From a candidate division FCPU426 bacterium (GTDB lineage Bacteria; Oederibacteriota; Muellerivitia; Muellerivitales; Muellerivitaceae), in the NCBI GenBank assembly GCA_963719085.1, contig CAVRAL010000001.1:800001-864000 (forward strand): 64,000 nucleotides of DNA, in the 5' to 3' direction. The notes below the pieces were generated by a model. It was given only the letters and a program-made list of their open reading frames with translations. It ran no database searches and had not been told where the DNA came from. This document shows, piece after piece, positions 21,060 through 31,027 of the stretch. The stretch's first letter is position 1; the number at the start of each line of letters is the position of its first letter. The position numbers were made by a program, and so were the translations under genes.

Positions 21060-22469
21060 ATGATGCCTCTACCGCAAATCCTCATTGTCGGCCGGCCCAA
21101 TGTGGGAAAATCTACTTTTTTTAACCGCTTGATCGGAAAGTCCATGGCCTTGGTGGACAATCAGCCCGGGTCGACCCGGGATTTAAAAAGCCATGACGTG
21201 GATTGGAACGGGACTTATTTTACCGTGTTTGATTCCGGGGGCTGGGTTCCCGGGGACGATGATCCGATCGGCGTCAAAATAGGCGAGATGCTCGAAAAAA
21301 AAGTGAAGCAAGTCAAAGCGCTGTTGTTTATGGTGGATGCCCAGGATGGAATCATGCCGGCGGATGAGCTGGTCGCCCGGTCACTTCGAAAATACGGCGT
21401 CCCGACCCTATTGATCGTCAATAAAGCGGACGAATTTGATAAACGGCACGAGATTTTGTCGGATTTTCAAAAGCTGGGATTCGAGAAAATATACCCGATT
21501 TCAGCCACCCATGGTCTTGGCATTGATGATTTGCTGGACGAGCTCATCCTGGTTTTTTCGAAAGACGATGATACCGCGGCCGTGGAAGATGAGAAAAAAC
21601 CCATGCGGATCGCGGTTTTAGGCAAACCCAATGTGGGCAAGTCCTCACTCGTCAACTCACTTTTGGGACAAAAACGCTTGATTGTGGATGATTTTCCTGG
21701 AACCACCCATGACGCCATTCCGGTCGTCATCGAGACCGAAGGGGAAACCCGGGTGGTGGTGGATACGGCCGGGATCAAATCCGGGAAACAGCAGGACAGC
21801 CGGATTGAGAAAATCAGCGCCGCGCAGGCCCTGTTTGAGCTTCAAACCTGTCAAGTCGGATTCTTCTTATTGGACGGCGAGAAGGGAATCACTCATCAGG
21901 ACGTGACCGTCGGGCGGATTATCGCCGAGGCCTTTCGGCCGGTGATTGTTTTGGTCAATAAATGGGATATCCATCCCAAGGGCGCCGAACAAGCCAACGC
22001 CGAGAGGATTATCCGGCGGCAATTGCGCCATTTACCCTTCGCCCCGATCCGGTTTATCTCGGCCAAAACCGGAAAAGGATTGGAAGGGCTGATGGATCTG
22101 GTCAGCCAAGTCTATGAGGAGAGCTGCCGTCAAATCCCCACCCGAAAAGTAAACGACGTGCTCCACGAGGCGGTTTCGAAACATCCGCCGCCGTTTAAAT
22201 ACGGGCATCAGGTGAAGGTTTTGTATGGGTATCAACGCCAGGGTCATCCGCCGGCTTTTGAGGTTTTCGCCAATCACCCGGAAAGTGTGACACCCAGCTA
22301 TTTGCGCTATTTGGAACAAGAAGTTCGAAAAGGCTTCGAGATGGAATTTACCCCGCTCCAAATCGTCATGAAAGAGAAGAAGCAACCGGAGGAGGTTCGG
22401 CGAGCCCACCATAAAAACCGGAATAAATTCAAGCGAACCAAACCCGCGGAAAAAGGCCGAAGAAAATGA
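21060..22469 (+). CDS. der: Ribosome biogenesis GTPase Der (EngA)
   Basis: Two G-domains (GRPNVGKST, GKPNVGKSS, DTAG, NKWD) and a C-terminal KH-like domain. Confidence 0.96.
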   Translation: MMPLPQILIVGRPNVGKSTFFNRLIGKSMALVDNQPGSTRDLKSHDVDWNGTYFTVFDSGGWVPGDDDPIGVKIGEMLEKKVKQVKALLFMVDAQDGIMPADELVARSLRKYGVPTLLIVNKADEFDKRHEILSDFQKLGFEKIYPISATHGLGIDDLLDELILVFSKDDDTAAVEDEKKPMRIAVLGKPNVGKSSLVNSLLGQKRLIVDDFPGTTHDAIPVVIETEGETRVVVDTAGIKSGKQQDSRIEKISAAQALFELQTCQVGFFLLDGEKGITHQDVTVGRIIAEAFRPVIVLVNKWDIHPKGAEQANAERIIRRQLRHLPFAPIRFISAKTGKGLEGLMDLVSQVYEESCRQIPTRKVNDVLHEAVSKHPPPFKYGHQVKVLYGYQRQGHPPAFEVFANHPESVTPSYLRYLEQEVRKGFEMEFTPLQIVMKEKKQPEEVRRAHHKNRNKFKRTKPAEKGRRK

Positions 22470-23071
22470 CGCGCTTATTTTTCCTTGTTTTGTTTTCTTA
22501 TTTGGTCGGTTCCATACCGACCGGCTATTGGCTGGTTTGGCTGGTCAAGAAAAAGGATGTTCGCTCCCAGGGCAGCGGCAATATCGGGATGACCAATGTT
22601 TGGCGGGTGGCCGGGGCTCCCTGGGGAATTTTGACCTTGCTTTTGGATATCTCAAAAGGTGTTTTGGTGATTTGGGCGGCCCGAGTCTTCTTTCCCCAAG
22701 ATCAAATCGCTTTGTTACTGGCGGCGCTGGGTGTTTTATTAGGCAATGTTTTCACTGTTTTTCTCAATTTTAAGGGCGGCAAGGGTATTGGCGTCAGCGT
22801 CGGGGTTTTCTTCTCAATATTACCCTTGGAAAGCACGCTGGGCTTGATCGGTTTTTGTCTCGCGGTCCTTTTGACCCGTATGATTTCCATGGGAAGCTTG
22901 GTGGGGGTGACCTTGATGGTCGTCGCCGCTTTCGTCAAATTAGGGCTTGGATGGTTATCCGGTTTCGCCTTATTATCCGGGGCGTTGGTTTGGTGGACCC
23001 ACCGGGAAAACATCAAAAGAATTATGGCGGGAACCGAGAATCGAATCGGAAAAAAAGGCCCGAGAAAATAA
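22466..23071 (+). CDS. plsY: Glycerol-3-phosphate acyltransferase PlsY
   Basis: GSIP, GSGNIGMTN, FKGGKGI and HRENIKR. Confidence 0.95.
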   Translation: MTRLFFLVLFSYLVGSIPTGYWLVWLVKKKDVRSQGSGNIGMTNVWRVAGAPWGILTLLLDISKGVLVIWAARVFFPQDQIALLLAALGVLLGNVFTVFLNFKGGKGIGVSVGVFFSILPLESTLGLIGFCLAVLLTRMISMGSLVGVTLMVVAAFVKLGLGWLSGFALLSGALVWWTHRENIKRIMAGTENRIGKKGPRK

Positions 23072-23072
23072 A

Positions 23073-24068
23073 ATGAAAATAGCGGTCTTAGGCAGTGGAA
23101 GCTGGGGAATCACGCTGAGCATCCATTTAGCCAATACGGGACACCAGGTTTTTCTATTGGCGTCCAACGAGTCCAAAGCCAAAGAGTTGGGCCTGAAACG
23201 GGAAAACAACCGGATCTTGCCGGGCATTCAACTTCCCCCGTCGGTCACGGTTACCTCGGATATGGAAAAAGCCCTGGCGGCCGCGGAAGGCGTTGTTTTT
23301 TCCATTCCTTCCCATGGGTTTCGGGCGGTGGCCCAGCGGGCCGCGGCCCATTGGCCCAAGGGCGCTTGGGCGCTTTCGGCCAGCAAGGGTTTGGAAGAGT
23401 CGAGCCATGACCGCATGAGTCAAATTTTGGCCCAGACCCTGCCGAAGGGAACACGATTAGGCGTGCTTTCGGGTCCCAGCCACGCGGAAGAAGTCTCCAA
23501 AAAAATTCCCACCACGGTCGTCGTGGCGTCCACCGACGAGAGCCTCTCCACCCAGATTCAAAATGTCTTCCACGCCGATTATTTCCGGGTTTATACCTCG
23601 CCCGACATCATCGGGGTGGAGTTGGGCGGCGCCCTTAAAAACGTCATCGCGATCGCCGCCGGGATATTGGACGGGCTGGGTTTGGGCGACAATACCAAGG
23701 CCGCGCTCATGACCCGCGGTCTCCATGAAATGAGGCGCTTGGGTGTGGCTTTAGGCGCTTCGGCGGAGACCTTTTCAGGATTAACCGGAATGGGGGATTT
23801 GATGGTGACCTGCGTGAGCCGCCATAGCCGCAACCGCCTTTTAGGCGAAAAGATCGGCCGGGGTGCGAATTTGACCGAGGCGCTCCAAGAAATGTCCATG
23901 GTGGCCGAAGGCGTTCGGACGGCCCAATCGGCGGTGGAACTTGCCCAACAGGTGAAAGTGGAGGTCCCGATTATGCGGGAAGTTTACGCTGTCTTGATCG
24001 AGGGAAAGAACGCGAAAGAATCCATGATCAACCTGTTATCCCGTTCCGCCAAACCGGAGAACGGTTAA
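23073..24068 (+). CDS. gpsA: NAD(P)H-dependent glycerol-3-phosphate dehydrogenase
   Basis: MKIAVLGSGSWG, SGPSHAEE, GALKNVIAI, GDNTKAAL and SRNR; start moved to ATG 23073. Confidence 0.96.
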   Translation: MKIAVLGSGSWGITLSIHLANTGHQVFLLASNESKAKELGLKRENNRILPGIQLPPSVTVTSDMEKALAAAEGVVFSIPSHGFRAVAQRAAAHWPKGAWALSASKGLEESSHDRMSQILAQTLPKGTRLGVLSGPSHAEEVSKKIPTTVVVASTDESLSTQIQNVFHADYFRVYTSPDIIGVELGGALKNVIAIAAGILDGLGLGDNTKAALMTRGLHEMRRLGVALGASAETFSGLTGMGDLMVTCVSRHSRNRLLGEKIGRGANLTEALQEMSMVAEGVRTAQSAVELAQQVKVEVPIMREVYAVLIEGKNAKESMINLLSRSAKPENG

Positions 24069-24080
24069 AAAAGAGCCCCC

Positions 24081-24365
24081 ATGACACGCCGTGAAATTTT
24101 GAAAAAACTCATCGCCTTAGGATTGACGGAAGCCCACGCCAAGAAAGCCATCGATGGGTTCTTTAATTCCATGCTTCACGCCTTGGAGGCGGGAAAAAAA
24201 GTTTCGATCACGGGGTTTGGGTCCTGGGAATGGAAACAGACCAAGCCCCGCAAGGCCCGCAATCCCAAAACAGGCCGTTCGGTTTATCTGGCCGCGCGAA
24301 AAGTTCTTGTTTTTAAACCCAGTTCCATATTAAAAGATAAGTTAAATAGTGCGGAAAAAACCTGA
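24081..24365 (+). CDS. HU/IHF family DNA-binding protein (IHF-alpha-like context)
   Basis: GFGSW, ARNPKTG and FKPS; directly upstream of a MerR gene and tRNA-Pro, as ihfA commonly is. Confidence 0.9.
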   Translation: MTRREILKKLIALGLTEAHAKKAIDGFFNSMLHALEAGKKVSITGFGSWEWKQTKPRKARNPKTGRSVYLAARKVLVFKPSSILKDKLNSAEKT

Positions 24366-24406
24366 TTTAAGTGGATAATAGGGGAAATGATCGGCTCGGG
24401 GTTAAC

Positions 24407-24853
24407 ATGGCAAGCGACGATAAGCTTTTTTACACAATCGGTGAAGTCTCAAAATTGGTGGATGTGAAGCCCTATGTTTTACGTTATTGGGAGACAGAGT
24501 TCAAGCTTTTGAATCCCCAAAAATCGGTGACGGGACAGCGAACCTACCGAAAAAAAGACATCCAAGTCGCCGTGACGATTAAACGCCTGCTTTATGATCA
24601 AAAATTCACGATCGCGGGAGCGGTTAAAAAATTGGAAGAGCTTGAAAAAGAGGGTTTGGATCAAATCGATCTTTTCATGGAAAAGCAGGCGTCCCCGGCG
24701 GGGGATCACGAGGCAAGCGAACGACTGCCGCGCCCTTTATCGCTGGAGATGTCCGATTTCTCCGAACAAGTCCAGCTGGAGCCGGATGTGAAGCTGATGG
24801 AGCTGGAGCGCTTGATTGTGGAATGCGGCGACATTTTGAAGAAATACGGCTGA
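24407..24853 (+). CDS. MerR family transcriptional regulator
   Basis: YTIGEVS...[11 protein letters not shown]...R.Y...[12 protein letters not shown]. Confidence 0.9.
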   Translation: MASDDKLFYTIGEVSKLVDVKPYVLRYWETEFKLLNPQKSVTGQRTYRKKDIQVAVTIKRLLYDQKFTIAGAVKKLEELEKEGLDQIDLFMEKQASPAGDHEASERLPRPLSLEMSDFSEQVQLEPDVKLMELERLIVECGDILKKYG

Positions 24854-24901
24854 AATGATTTGTTTTAAGGGTTTTTCCGTTCCTGCCCGTCTTTTCTTTT
24901 C

Positions 24902-24930
24902 TTGAAACTGGCGGTTTTTTAAACTATATT
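24902..24930 (+). promoter_or_regulatory. Sigma70-type promoter upstream of the tRNA-Pro pair
   Basis: TTGAAA-N17-TATATT. Confidence 0.5.
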
Positions 24931-25020
24931 AACTTTCCCTTTTTAGTCTTTGCCTGGCCACGGCACAGTTGTGAATTGGTTGTTTTAAGAATGTTTCTGA
25001 CCACGAAATGGTATCTTGAG

Positions 25021-25097
<77 letters not shown>

Positions 25098-25142
25098 GAT
25101 GCCATTTTGGTTGGTTGGATCCCGCTGGAAAATAATAAATGT

Positions 25143-25219
25143 CGGGGCGTGGCGCAGCCCGGTAGCGCAGTTGCATGGGGTGCAAAAGGTCGCAGGTTCA
25201 AATCCTGCCGCCCCGACCA
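25143..25219 (+). tRNA. tRNA-Pro(GGG)
   Basis: Acceptor stem CGGGGCG/CGCCCCG, anticodon arm TTGC-ATGGGGT-GCAA, T-arm GGTTCAAATCC, encoded CCA. Confidence 0.95.
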
Positions 25220-25250
25220 TTTTATTTTCTGGTTTCGCTCAAGGATCCAC

Positions 25251-25997
25251 ATGGTTCGGAATAAAAAAGTCATTGTCGTGATGCCCGCCTATAACGCTGA
25301 AAAAACCCTCGCTGAAACCTATCAAGAAATTCCGTTGGATTTGGTCGACAAGGTCATTTTGGTCGACGACGCCAGCTCGGATCATACGTCGGAACTCTCT
25401 GAAAAATTAGGCTTGGAAACGATTGTCCATCCCCAAAACCGCGGGTACGGGGCGAATCAAAAGACCTGTTATCGGGCGGCTTTAGACGCGGGCGCGGACA
25501 TTGTGGTCATGCTTCATCCGGATTATCAGTACACGCCCAAGCTCATCTCCGCCATGGTTTATCTGCTGGAATCCGGGACTTTCGAGGTCGTATTGGGATC
25601 CCGGATTTTGGGCGGGAAGGCGCTTTCGGGAGGTATGCCGGTTTATAAGTACTTCAGTAACCGGGTTCTGACCTTCCTCCAAAACTTTTTGATGGGCGCC
25701 AAGCTTTCCGAATACCACACCGGCTACCGGGCCTATGACCGCGCGGTTCTGGAGGCGATTCAATGGGAAAAAAACTCGGATGACTTTATTTTCGACAACC
25801 AATTTCTTTCTCAAATCCTGTACAAAGACTTTAAAGTAGGGGAGATCAGCTGTCCCGCCAAATATTTCGCGGAAGCCTCCTCAATCAATTTTAGCCGCAG
25901 CGTAAAGTACGGGTTGGGTTGCTTATGGACCGCCCTGGAGTATCGACTGGCCAAATGGGGTTTTCCCTCCCGTTCGTTCCCCGTACCGCATGCCTGA
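25251..25997 (+). CDS. Glycosyltransferase family 2 (DPM1-like)
   Basis: [27 protein letters not shown] and VLGSR; start at ATG 25251, because the longer ORF runs through the tRNAs. Confidence 0.92.
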   Translation: MVRNKKVIVVMPAYNAEKTLAETYQEIPLDLVDKVILVDDASSDHTSELSEKLGLETIVHPQNRGYGANQKTCYRAALDAGADIVVMLHPDYQYTPKLISAMVYLLESGTFEVVLGSRILGGKALSGGMPVYKYFSNRVLTFLQNFLMGAKLSEYHTGYRAYDRAVLEAIQWEKNSDDFIFDNQFLSQILYKDFKVGEISCPAKYFAEASSINFSRSVKYGLGCLWTALEYRLAKWGFPSRSFPVPHA

Positions 25998-26104
25998 TTC
26001 GTCAAAAAATAAACTTCAAACTCTAAAAATTTGACAAGAAACTGGATCGATCGATAAGGTTTTAACGGCTCATTTTGAGTCTTTTCACGACAGGGCGGTT
26101 TAAC

Positions 26105-26380
26105 ATGAAAAAAGCCGTTTTATCCATTGTCCATGGAAGGGTTCAAGGGGTCGGATTTCGGTACTTTTTGCTAAATAAGGCCAAATTACTGGGTATTTCA
26201 GGTTGGACGAGAAACCTGGCGGATGGAACGGTAGAAACCATGGCTGTGGGGGAAGGGGCGGCGTTGGAACGGTTTATGCATGAATTAAGGACAGGACCTG
26301 TTGGAAGTCGGGTTCGATCGGTTGATTTCCAGTGGGTGGATGGTTCCTTTGAGTTTCAGGATTTTGAGATCCGGGGATGA
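26105..26380 (+). CDS. acyP: Acylphosphatase
   Basis: VHGRVQGVGFR and GWTRNLADGTVE. Confidence 0.93.
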   Translation: MKKAVLSIVHGRVQGVGFRYFLLNKAKLLGISGWTRNLADGTVETMAVGEGAALERFMHELRTGPVGSRVRSVDFQWVDGSFEFQDFEIRG

Positions 26381-26384
26381 ATTC

Positions 26385-27365
26385 ATGCAACGACGTTCGG
26401 CCCTTAAAAAATATTCGGATGAGCTCGAGTCCAAACTGCCGTTGGGCAGATCCGTTTTATTGTCCCCGAAGAAAAACGTTTTTTTGTATTCCATTAAAAC
26501 CTCCCCGTCCGCCGATCGAGTCACGACCGACAGCTTAAAACTGTATTTCAAGGAAATCTCCAGGGTCAAATTATTGACCGGGCCCGAGGAAGTCCAACTG
26601 GCCAAGCGGATCGAAAAGGGCGATGAGGCGGCCAAGCAGGCCCTCATTTCGGCCAACCTCCGTTTGGTCATCAATGTGGCGAAAAAATACGTCAACCAAG
26701 GCCTTTCTTTCCAAGATTTAATCGAGGAAGGGAACTTGGGGCTCATCAAAGCCAGTGAAAAATTTTCCTGGCGGCGGGGATTTAAATTCAGCACTTACGC
26801 GACTTGGTGGATCCGCCAATCGGTCACCCGGGCCCTTTCGAACCAGTCCCGCACGGTGCGGATTCCGGTTCATATCTCGGAAGATATCAGCCGGATGGAA
26901 CGGGTTTCCCGGAATTTAGCCAAGAGCTTGGGTCGCGACCCGAATCAGGCCGAAATCGCCAAGGCCGCTAAGCTGAAACTGGAGAAAATTCATAAGCTCC
27001 AACGATTGGGGCAGCGAAGCGTTTCCTTGGAAGTCCCGGTGAATGGCGACGCGAACGCCAAATCCATCGGCGATTTTATCGAGGATAAAAACAGCGAGAG
27101 CCCGGCCGAAAGCGCCTTTTTGAGCTTGCGCGCAGAGAAATTGAGCGAGCTGATCCATCGGTTGAACGAAAAGGAACAACAGGTTATTTCGATGCGGTTC
27201 GGTTTTCAGATCGACGCGCCTCAAACCTTGGAACAAACCGGGCGGTGCTTAGGCGTGACCCGGGAGCGGATCCGTCAAATCGAGGAAAAAGCCCTTCAAA
27301 AAATAAGGTCTCTCATGAAAATCCATCTGGAAGAATATCGTGAACTTTTACACGAATTTGTGTAA
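26385..27365 (+). CDS. Sigma-70 family RNA polymerase sigma factor, RpoD/RpoS-like, lacking region 1.1
   Basis: NLRLVINVAKKY, DLIEEGNLGL, KFSTYATWWIRQ and TRERIRQIE. Confidence 0.92.
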   Translation: MQRRSALKKYSDELESKLPLGRSVLLSPKKNVFLYSIKTSPSADRVTTDSLKLYFKEISRVKLLTGPEEVQLAKRIEKGDEAAKQALISANLRLVINVAKKYVNQGLSFQDLIEEGNLGLIKASEKFSWRRGFKFSTYATWWIRQSVTRALSNQSRTVRIPVHISEDISRMERVSRNLAKSLGRDPNQAEIAKAAKLKLEKIHKLQRLGQRSVSLEVPVNGDANAKSIGDFIEDKNSESPAESAFLSLRAEKLSELIHRLNEKEQQVISMRFGFQIDAPQTLEQTGRCLGVTRERIRQIEEKALQKIRSLMKIHLEEYRELLHEFV

Positions 27366-27420
27366 TCTGGTCCCCGCCTAGCCGAAGCTCAACCGTCATT
27401 CAATTTAATTGAGGAATTCC

Positions 27421-27933
27421 ATGGATCTAAAGGCCATTATCCGTGACGTGCCTGATTTTCCCAAAAAGGGCATCCTGTTTAAAGATATCACCCCGCTTTT
27501 AAAGGACCCGAAGGCTTTTTCGTTTGTCATTGATACTTTCGCGAAGCGGTACGCGTCTTACCAACTGGACGCGGTGGTGGCCATTGAGTCCCGCGGATTC
27601 ATTTTGGGCGGCGCGCTGGCCAAAGCGTTGGGCGTTTCGTTTGTTCCGGTTCGTAAACCGGGAAAGCTGCCCTGGAAATCCATCCAACAAAGCTATGCGC
27701 TTGAGTATGGGACGGATAAATTGGAGATTCACGAGGATTCTTTCTCGAAGAACTCGAAGGTTTTAATTTTGGACGATGTCTTGGCCACTGGCGGCACGGC
27801 GGCGGCCACCGTTCAACTGGTGGAAAAGGCGGGCGGCCAAGCCGTGGAAGCGGCCTTTTTGATTGATTTGACCTTTTTGAACGGCCGGCTCAAATTGAAA
27901 AACACACCGGTCTATTCTATAATCCAGTACTAA
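27421..27933 (+). CDS. apt: Adenine phosphoribosyltransferase
   Basis: DFPKKGILFKDI, IESRGF, RKPGKLP, LEYG and DDVLATGGT. Confidence 0.96.
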   Translation: MDLKAIIRDVPDFPKKGILFKDITPLLKDPKAFSFVIDTFAKRYASYQLDAVVAIESRGFILGGALAKALGVSFVPVRKPGKLPWKSIQQSYALEYGTDKLEIHEDSFSKNSKVLILDDVLATGGTAAATVQLVEKAGGQAVEAAFLIDLTFLNGRLKLKNTPVYSIIQY

Positions 27934-27953
27934 TTTCGACGCTAAACCAAGCT

Positions 27954-28030
27954 GCCCTCGTAGCTCAGTTGGATAGAGCGACCCTTTCCTAAAGGGTAGG
28001 TCACGCGTTCGATTCGCGTCGAGGGTACCA
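27954..28030 (+). tRNA. tRNA-Arg(CCT)
   Basis: Acceptor stem GCCCTCG/CGAGGGT, anticodon arm ACCCT-TTCCTAA-AGGGT, GTTCGA T-loop, encoded CCA. Confidence 0.95.
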
Positions 28031-28069
28031 TTTAGATAAGTTTAAACTTTAGGCACTAAAAGAGGTTTT

Positions 28070-28765
28070 ATGGTTTCGCCCATGGATCATTCGCATCATT
28101 CGTCACCCGAGCTGATTTTTTGGAAAAAGTTGTTGGTGAAGGCGAAAGCCCATCAAGAGGCCCTGGCCGTCGCGGGGATCATCGTCATTATCATCGCGCT
28201 TTTTGTGCCTTATTACCTGAAGAGCAAAGCCCAAAGCGAGAAAGACGCGGCCGATGTTTTAAACCTGGGGCAATACTATTTAAGGGCGGGCGTGGGAACC
28301 CCCAACGCGCCTTTTAAGAGCGAGGCCGAAAAGTACCAGCAATGTTTGCAGACCTTTCAGCGCATCAAGACGGATTTTCCGGGAACCTCATCCAGCAAGG
28401 TCGGGGAGTATTATTTGGCCAAATGCCAATACTTCATGGGCCAATACACCCAGTCCTATTCCAGCTTTGAGGAATCTTCCCGCGAATTAAAGGGAACCCC
28501 TCTGGGGGAGGAGGCTAAGGTGGGGCAAATTTTGAGCCTGGTGGCTCAAAAACAATGGGAACCGTCCCAGCAATTGGCCCTGGCCTTTGTCAGCGACCAT
28601 CCGGATAGCTTTTTAATCCCGGAAGTCAAATTGGACTTATCCGATATTTATCTTCAATTAAACGAAAAGGACAAAGCCGTCGCGGAGTTAAAAGAGGTGG
28701 CGGCTGTTTCGGATACCGGCTGGAGCCAAGAGGCGTCCCGTCGTTTGAAGAATCTTCAGTCCTAG
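28070..28765 (+). CDS. Membrane-anchored TPR protein (YfgM-like)
   Basis: Single TM helix followed by TPR-like helices. Confidence 0.7.
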   Translation: MVSPMDHSHHSSPELIFWKKLLVKAKAHQEALAVAGIIVIIIALFVPYYLKSKAQSEKDAADVLNLGQYYLRAGVGTPNAPFKSEAEKYQQCLQTFQRIKTDFPGTSSSKVGEYYLAKCQYFMGQYTQSYSSFEESSRELKGTPLGEEAKVGQILSLVAQKQWEPSQQLALAFVSDHPDSFLIPEVKLDLSDIYLQLNEKDKAVAELKEVAAVSDTGWSQEASRRLKNLQS

Positions 28766-28800
28766 TTAAGGGCGGGGAAAAGGGCGGTTCTTCGACTTTT

Positions 28801-29964
28801 TCATCTTTCCGCCAAGTATTTTTCCAGCCGGAGCGCACCTTCCTGAAAGACTTCGGGTTGGGAAAGTAAACTCAAGACCCAAAAGCGCCGGTCCGCGGGG
28901 AAGTCGTAAAACCCGCCTGGGTGCACCAGAACCCGTTTTTTTTCGAATAAATCCAAGGCCAGCTCCTCGTCGTTCGACTCTTCGTGAAATATCTCAATCA
29001 AAGCCACCCATCCGCCTGGGCTCGGCCAAAGCTTCGCTTTGGAGGTGCGGGACAGCGCTTGGCTCAAAAAATCACGGTTGGACAGGACTCGGCCCAGAAT
29101 ATTTTTTTGGATAACGGGCGCGAAAGAAAATAAATGGGGAAGGGTCGCTTGAACCGGCGTATTGACCGACAGATAAGTATCGGCGATCAACTCCAGCCGC
29201 TGCTTGCAGGAGGCCACGGACTTGGAAGGCCCCTGTAACAGCATCCAAGATAGCTTGAGCTGGGGCAGGCCCAAACTTTTTGAAAGGCCGCCCAATCGAA
29301 AAGAAAGAACATTTTCCGGAATCCAAGGCGCGGGCACCGGAGGTGCGTGAAAATAATCCCGAAAAACCTCGTCCGAGATGGCGATCCAATCGTTTTTTTG
29401 ACAAAGTTCCGTCATCATATTTTGATCCGATTGATTCAAAAAGGTTCCCGTGGGATTGTGCGGATTAATGGTAATGAAGCCCTTGGTATTGGGCTTGATT
29501 TGCCCGGACAAGGAGTCCCTGTCCAAAGGCCAATCCGCCTGGGGCTTTAAGGCGTAGGGAAGCATCTCCAGGCCTTCCAAGGCGCCCAAGTGGTCTAAGA
29601 GGGGATAGCCGGGCGTTGGAATGAGGAAGGCGTCTCCCGGATTCCCGAAAAGTTTAAAAAGATACGAGTAGGCTTCACTGGTGCTTGAGGTTAAAACAAT
29701 ATTTTCAGGCTCCGCCTTTTCGCCTTTCGAGTTTAAATAAGCGGCCACCGCCTCACGGGCTTGTGGGCTTCCGAAAGGATGGGGATCATAGGCGTAAGAG
29801 TCTTTCGCGTTGAGGCCTTCCAAAAGATCCTTGGGATAGTCAAACCCGCAAAGCGTGGGATTGGTTTGGGTCAAATCCCAAAATTTTTCCGTGGAAGATT
29901 TTTCAATCGCGTTGAAAATTTCATTATGGGATAAGTCATCCGGTGTCCGGTTTGAAAAGCGCAA
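28801..29964 (-). CDS. PLP-dependent aminotransferase class I/II
   Basis: NPHNPTG, SDEVF and GGLSKSLG with the PLP lysine. Confidence 0.92.
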   Translation of the reverse strand: MRFSNRTPDDLSHNEIFNAIEKSSTEKFWDLTQTNPTLCGFDYPKDLLEGLNAKDSYAYDPHPFGSPQAREAVAAYLNSKGEKAEPENIVLTSSTSEAYSYLFKLFGNPGDAFLIPTPGYPLLDHLGALEGLEMLPYALKPQADWPLDRDSLSGQIKPNTKGFITINPHNPTGTFLNQSDQNMMTELCQKNDWIAISDEVFRDYFHAPPVPAPWIPENVLSFRLGGLSKSLGLPQLKLSWMLLQGPSKSVASCKQRLELIADTYLSVNTPVQATLPHLFSFAPVIQKNILGRVLSNRDFLSQALSRTSKAKLWPSPGGWVALIEIFHEESNDEELALDLFEKKRVLVHPGGFYDFPADRRFWVLSLLSQPEVFQEGALRLEKYLAER

Positions 29965-29965
29965 G

Positions 29966-31027
29966 TTAGGCCCTCGGTTTTTGCATTTTACGGAATTGTT
30001 TTAACACCGCGTCCATTTCTGAAATCGGCGTTAAATTCAAGGCCTGGGTCCCCGGGCCCGCGCCAAAGGCCCTCCCATGGGCTTTGCGGGCACCCGTGGA
30101 AGCCAGCTTCACGTAGCTTTCACTGACCACAATGCTGGAATGGCCCATTAAATCCCGAATCTCATAGGCGGAAGCCCCGGATTCGGCTAATTGGGTTCCA
30201 AAGGAGTGGCGCAGGGCGTGGACGGTGATATCCTCGGCCATTTCCAATCCGGCCCAGGCGGCGGCCTGTTTCACCCAAGTCTCAATGTAATCCGGATGGA
30301 TGGGTTTGGCCGCGCTCCGCGGGCTTGAGAATAAATAATCGGAAGCCGGCAGGCCCGCCGCGTTTTTTTCCGCCAGGTACCTTTTTAATTGGGTCTGGAG
30401 CATTTTGGTCATGGGGATGGTTCGTTCTTTGTCGCCCTTGCCGATGACGGTGACTAAGCCTTGGTCCAGGTTGACGTCGCTCAATTTCACGCGAGAAATT
30501 TCGGAGACCCGCAGGCCGCAGTGGTAGCCCAAAAGGACCGTCAGGCTTATTTTGAGGTCGTTGAACTCCTGGACCCTTAACCCCTGGACGAGGCGGTCCC
30601 GGTCCTTGATCGCCAGCGGATGGGGGTTTCTTTGGGGGCTTCGGATGTTCAAGTTATGGAAGACGGCCGTGGGATCATTGGTGATGTACTGGATGGAGGC
30701 CAAATGCCGGTAAAAAGAGCGGGTGGCGGCCAAAATTCGTTTCATGGACCTGGTTGAGTAGGCCGCCCGCGGCTTGCCGCTGGGAGTCAAGCCGGGCTTG
30801 GTCAAGGACGCCGCGAAGCGGATCAAGTGCTCGGGTTTTACATTTTGAGGCCCCTCAATGCCCAAACCATCCAAAAACTGCTTCAGGATCCTTAAATCTT
30901 GATGATAGTTTTCCTGGGTGTGGGTTGACTTGCGCAGGGACAAAAAGTCGTCGTAGGGGCTGAGGAGGCGCAAATCTTGCGCGGGTTCGTTAGGATTGGC
31001 CGATGGATGGGATGGAGTCGGTTTCAT
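29966..31027 (-). CDS. Tyrosine recombinase, XerC/XerD-like
   Basis: Core-binding N-domain and a complete catalytic set: GLRVSE, GKGDKER, HALRH, LMGH and SESY. ATG 31027 chosen as start. Confidence 0.92.
   Translation of the reverse strand: MKPTPSHPSANPNEPAQDLRLLSPYDDFLSLRKSTHTQENYHQDLRILKQFLDGLGIEGPQNVKPEHLIRFAASLTKPGLTPSGKPRAAYSTRSMKRILAATRSFYRHLASIQYITNDPTAVFHNLNIRSPQRNPHPLAIKDRDRLVQGLRVQEFNDLKISLTVLLGYHCGLRVSEISRVKLSDVNLDQGLVTVIGKGDKERTIPMTKMLQTQLKRYLAEKNAAGLPASDYLFSSPRSAAKPIHPDYIETWVKQAAAWAGLEMAEDITVHALRHSFGTQLAESGASAYEIRDLMGHSSIVVSESYVKLASTGARKAHGRAFGAGPGTQALNLTPISEMDAVLKQFRKMQKPRA

Noticed and set aside
25169..25188. G-A mismatch at the top of the tRNA-Pro(GGG) anticodon stem as a sign of a pseudogene
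   Set aside because: All other arms and the CCA end are intact, and mismatches at this terminal pair are tolerated in many tRNAs.
27954..31027. Integrative element or prophage at tRNA-Arg using the tyrosine recombinase
   Set aside because: No duplicated tRNA 3' end (att) was seen, no phage or conjugation genes are present, the flanks are housekeeping-type, and two ordinary genes separate the tRNA from the recombinase.
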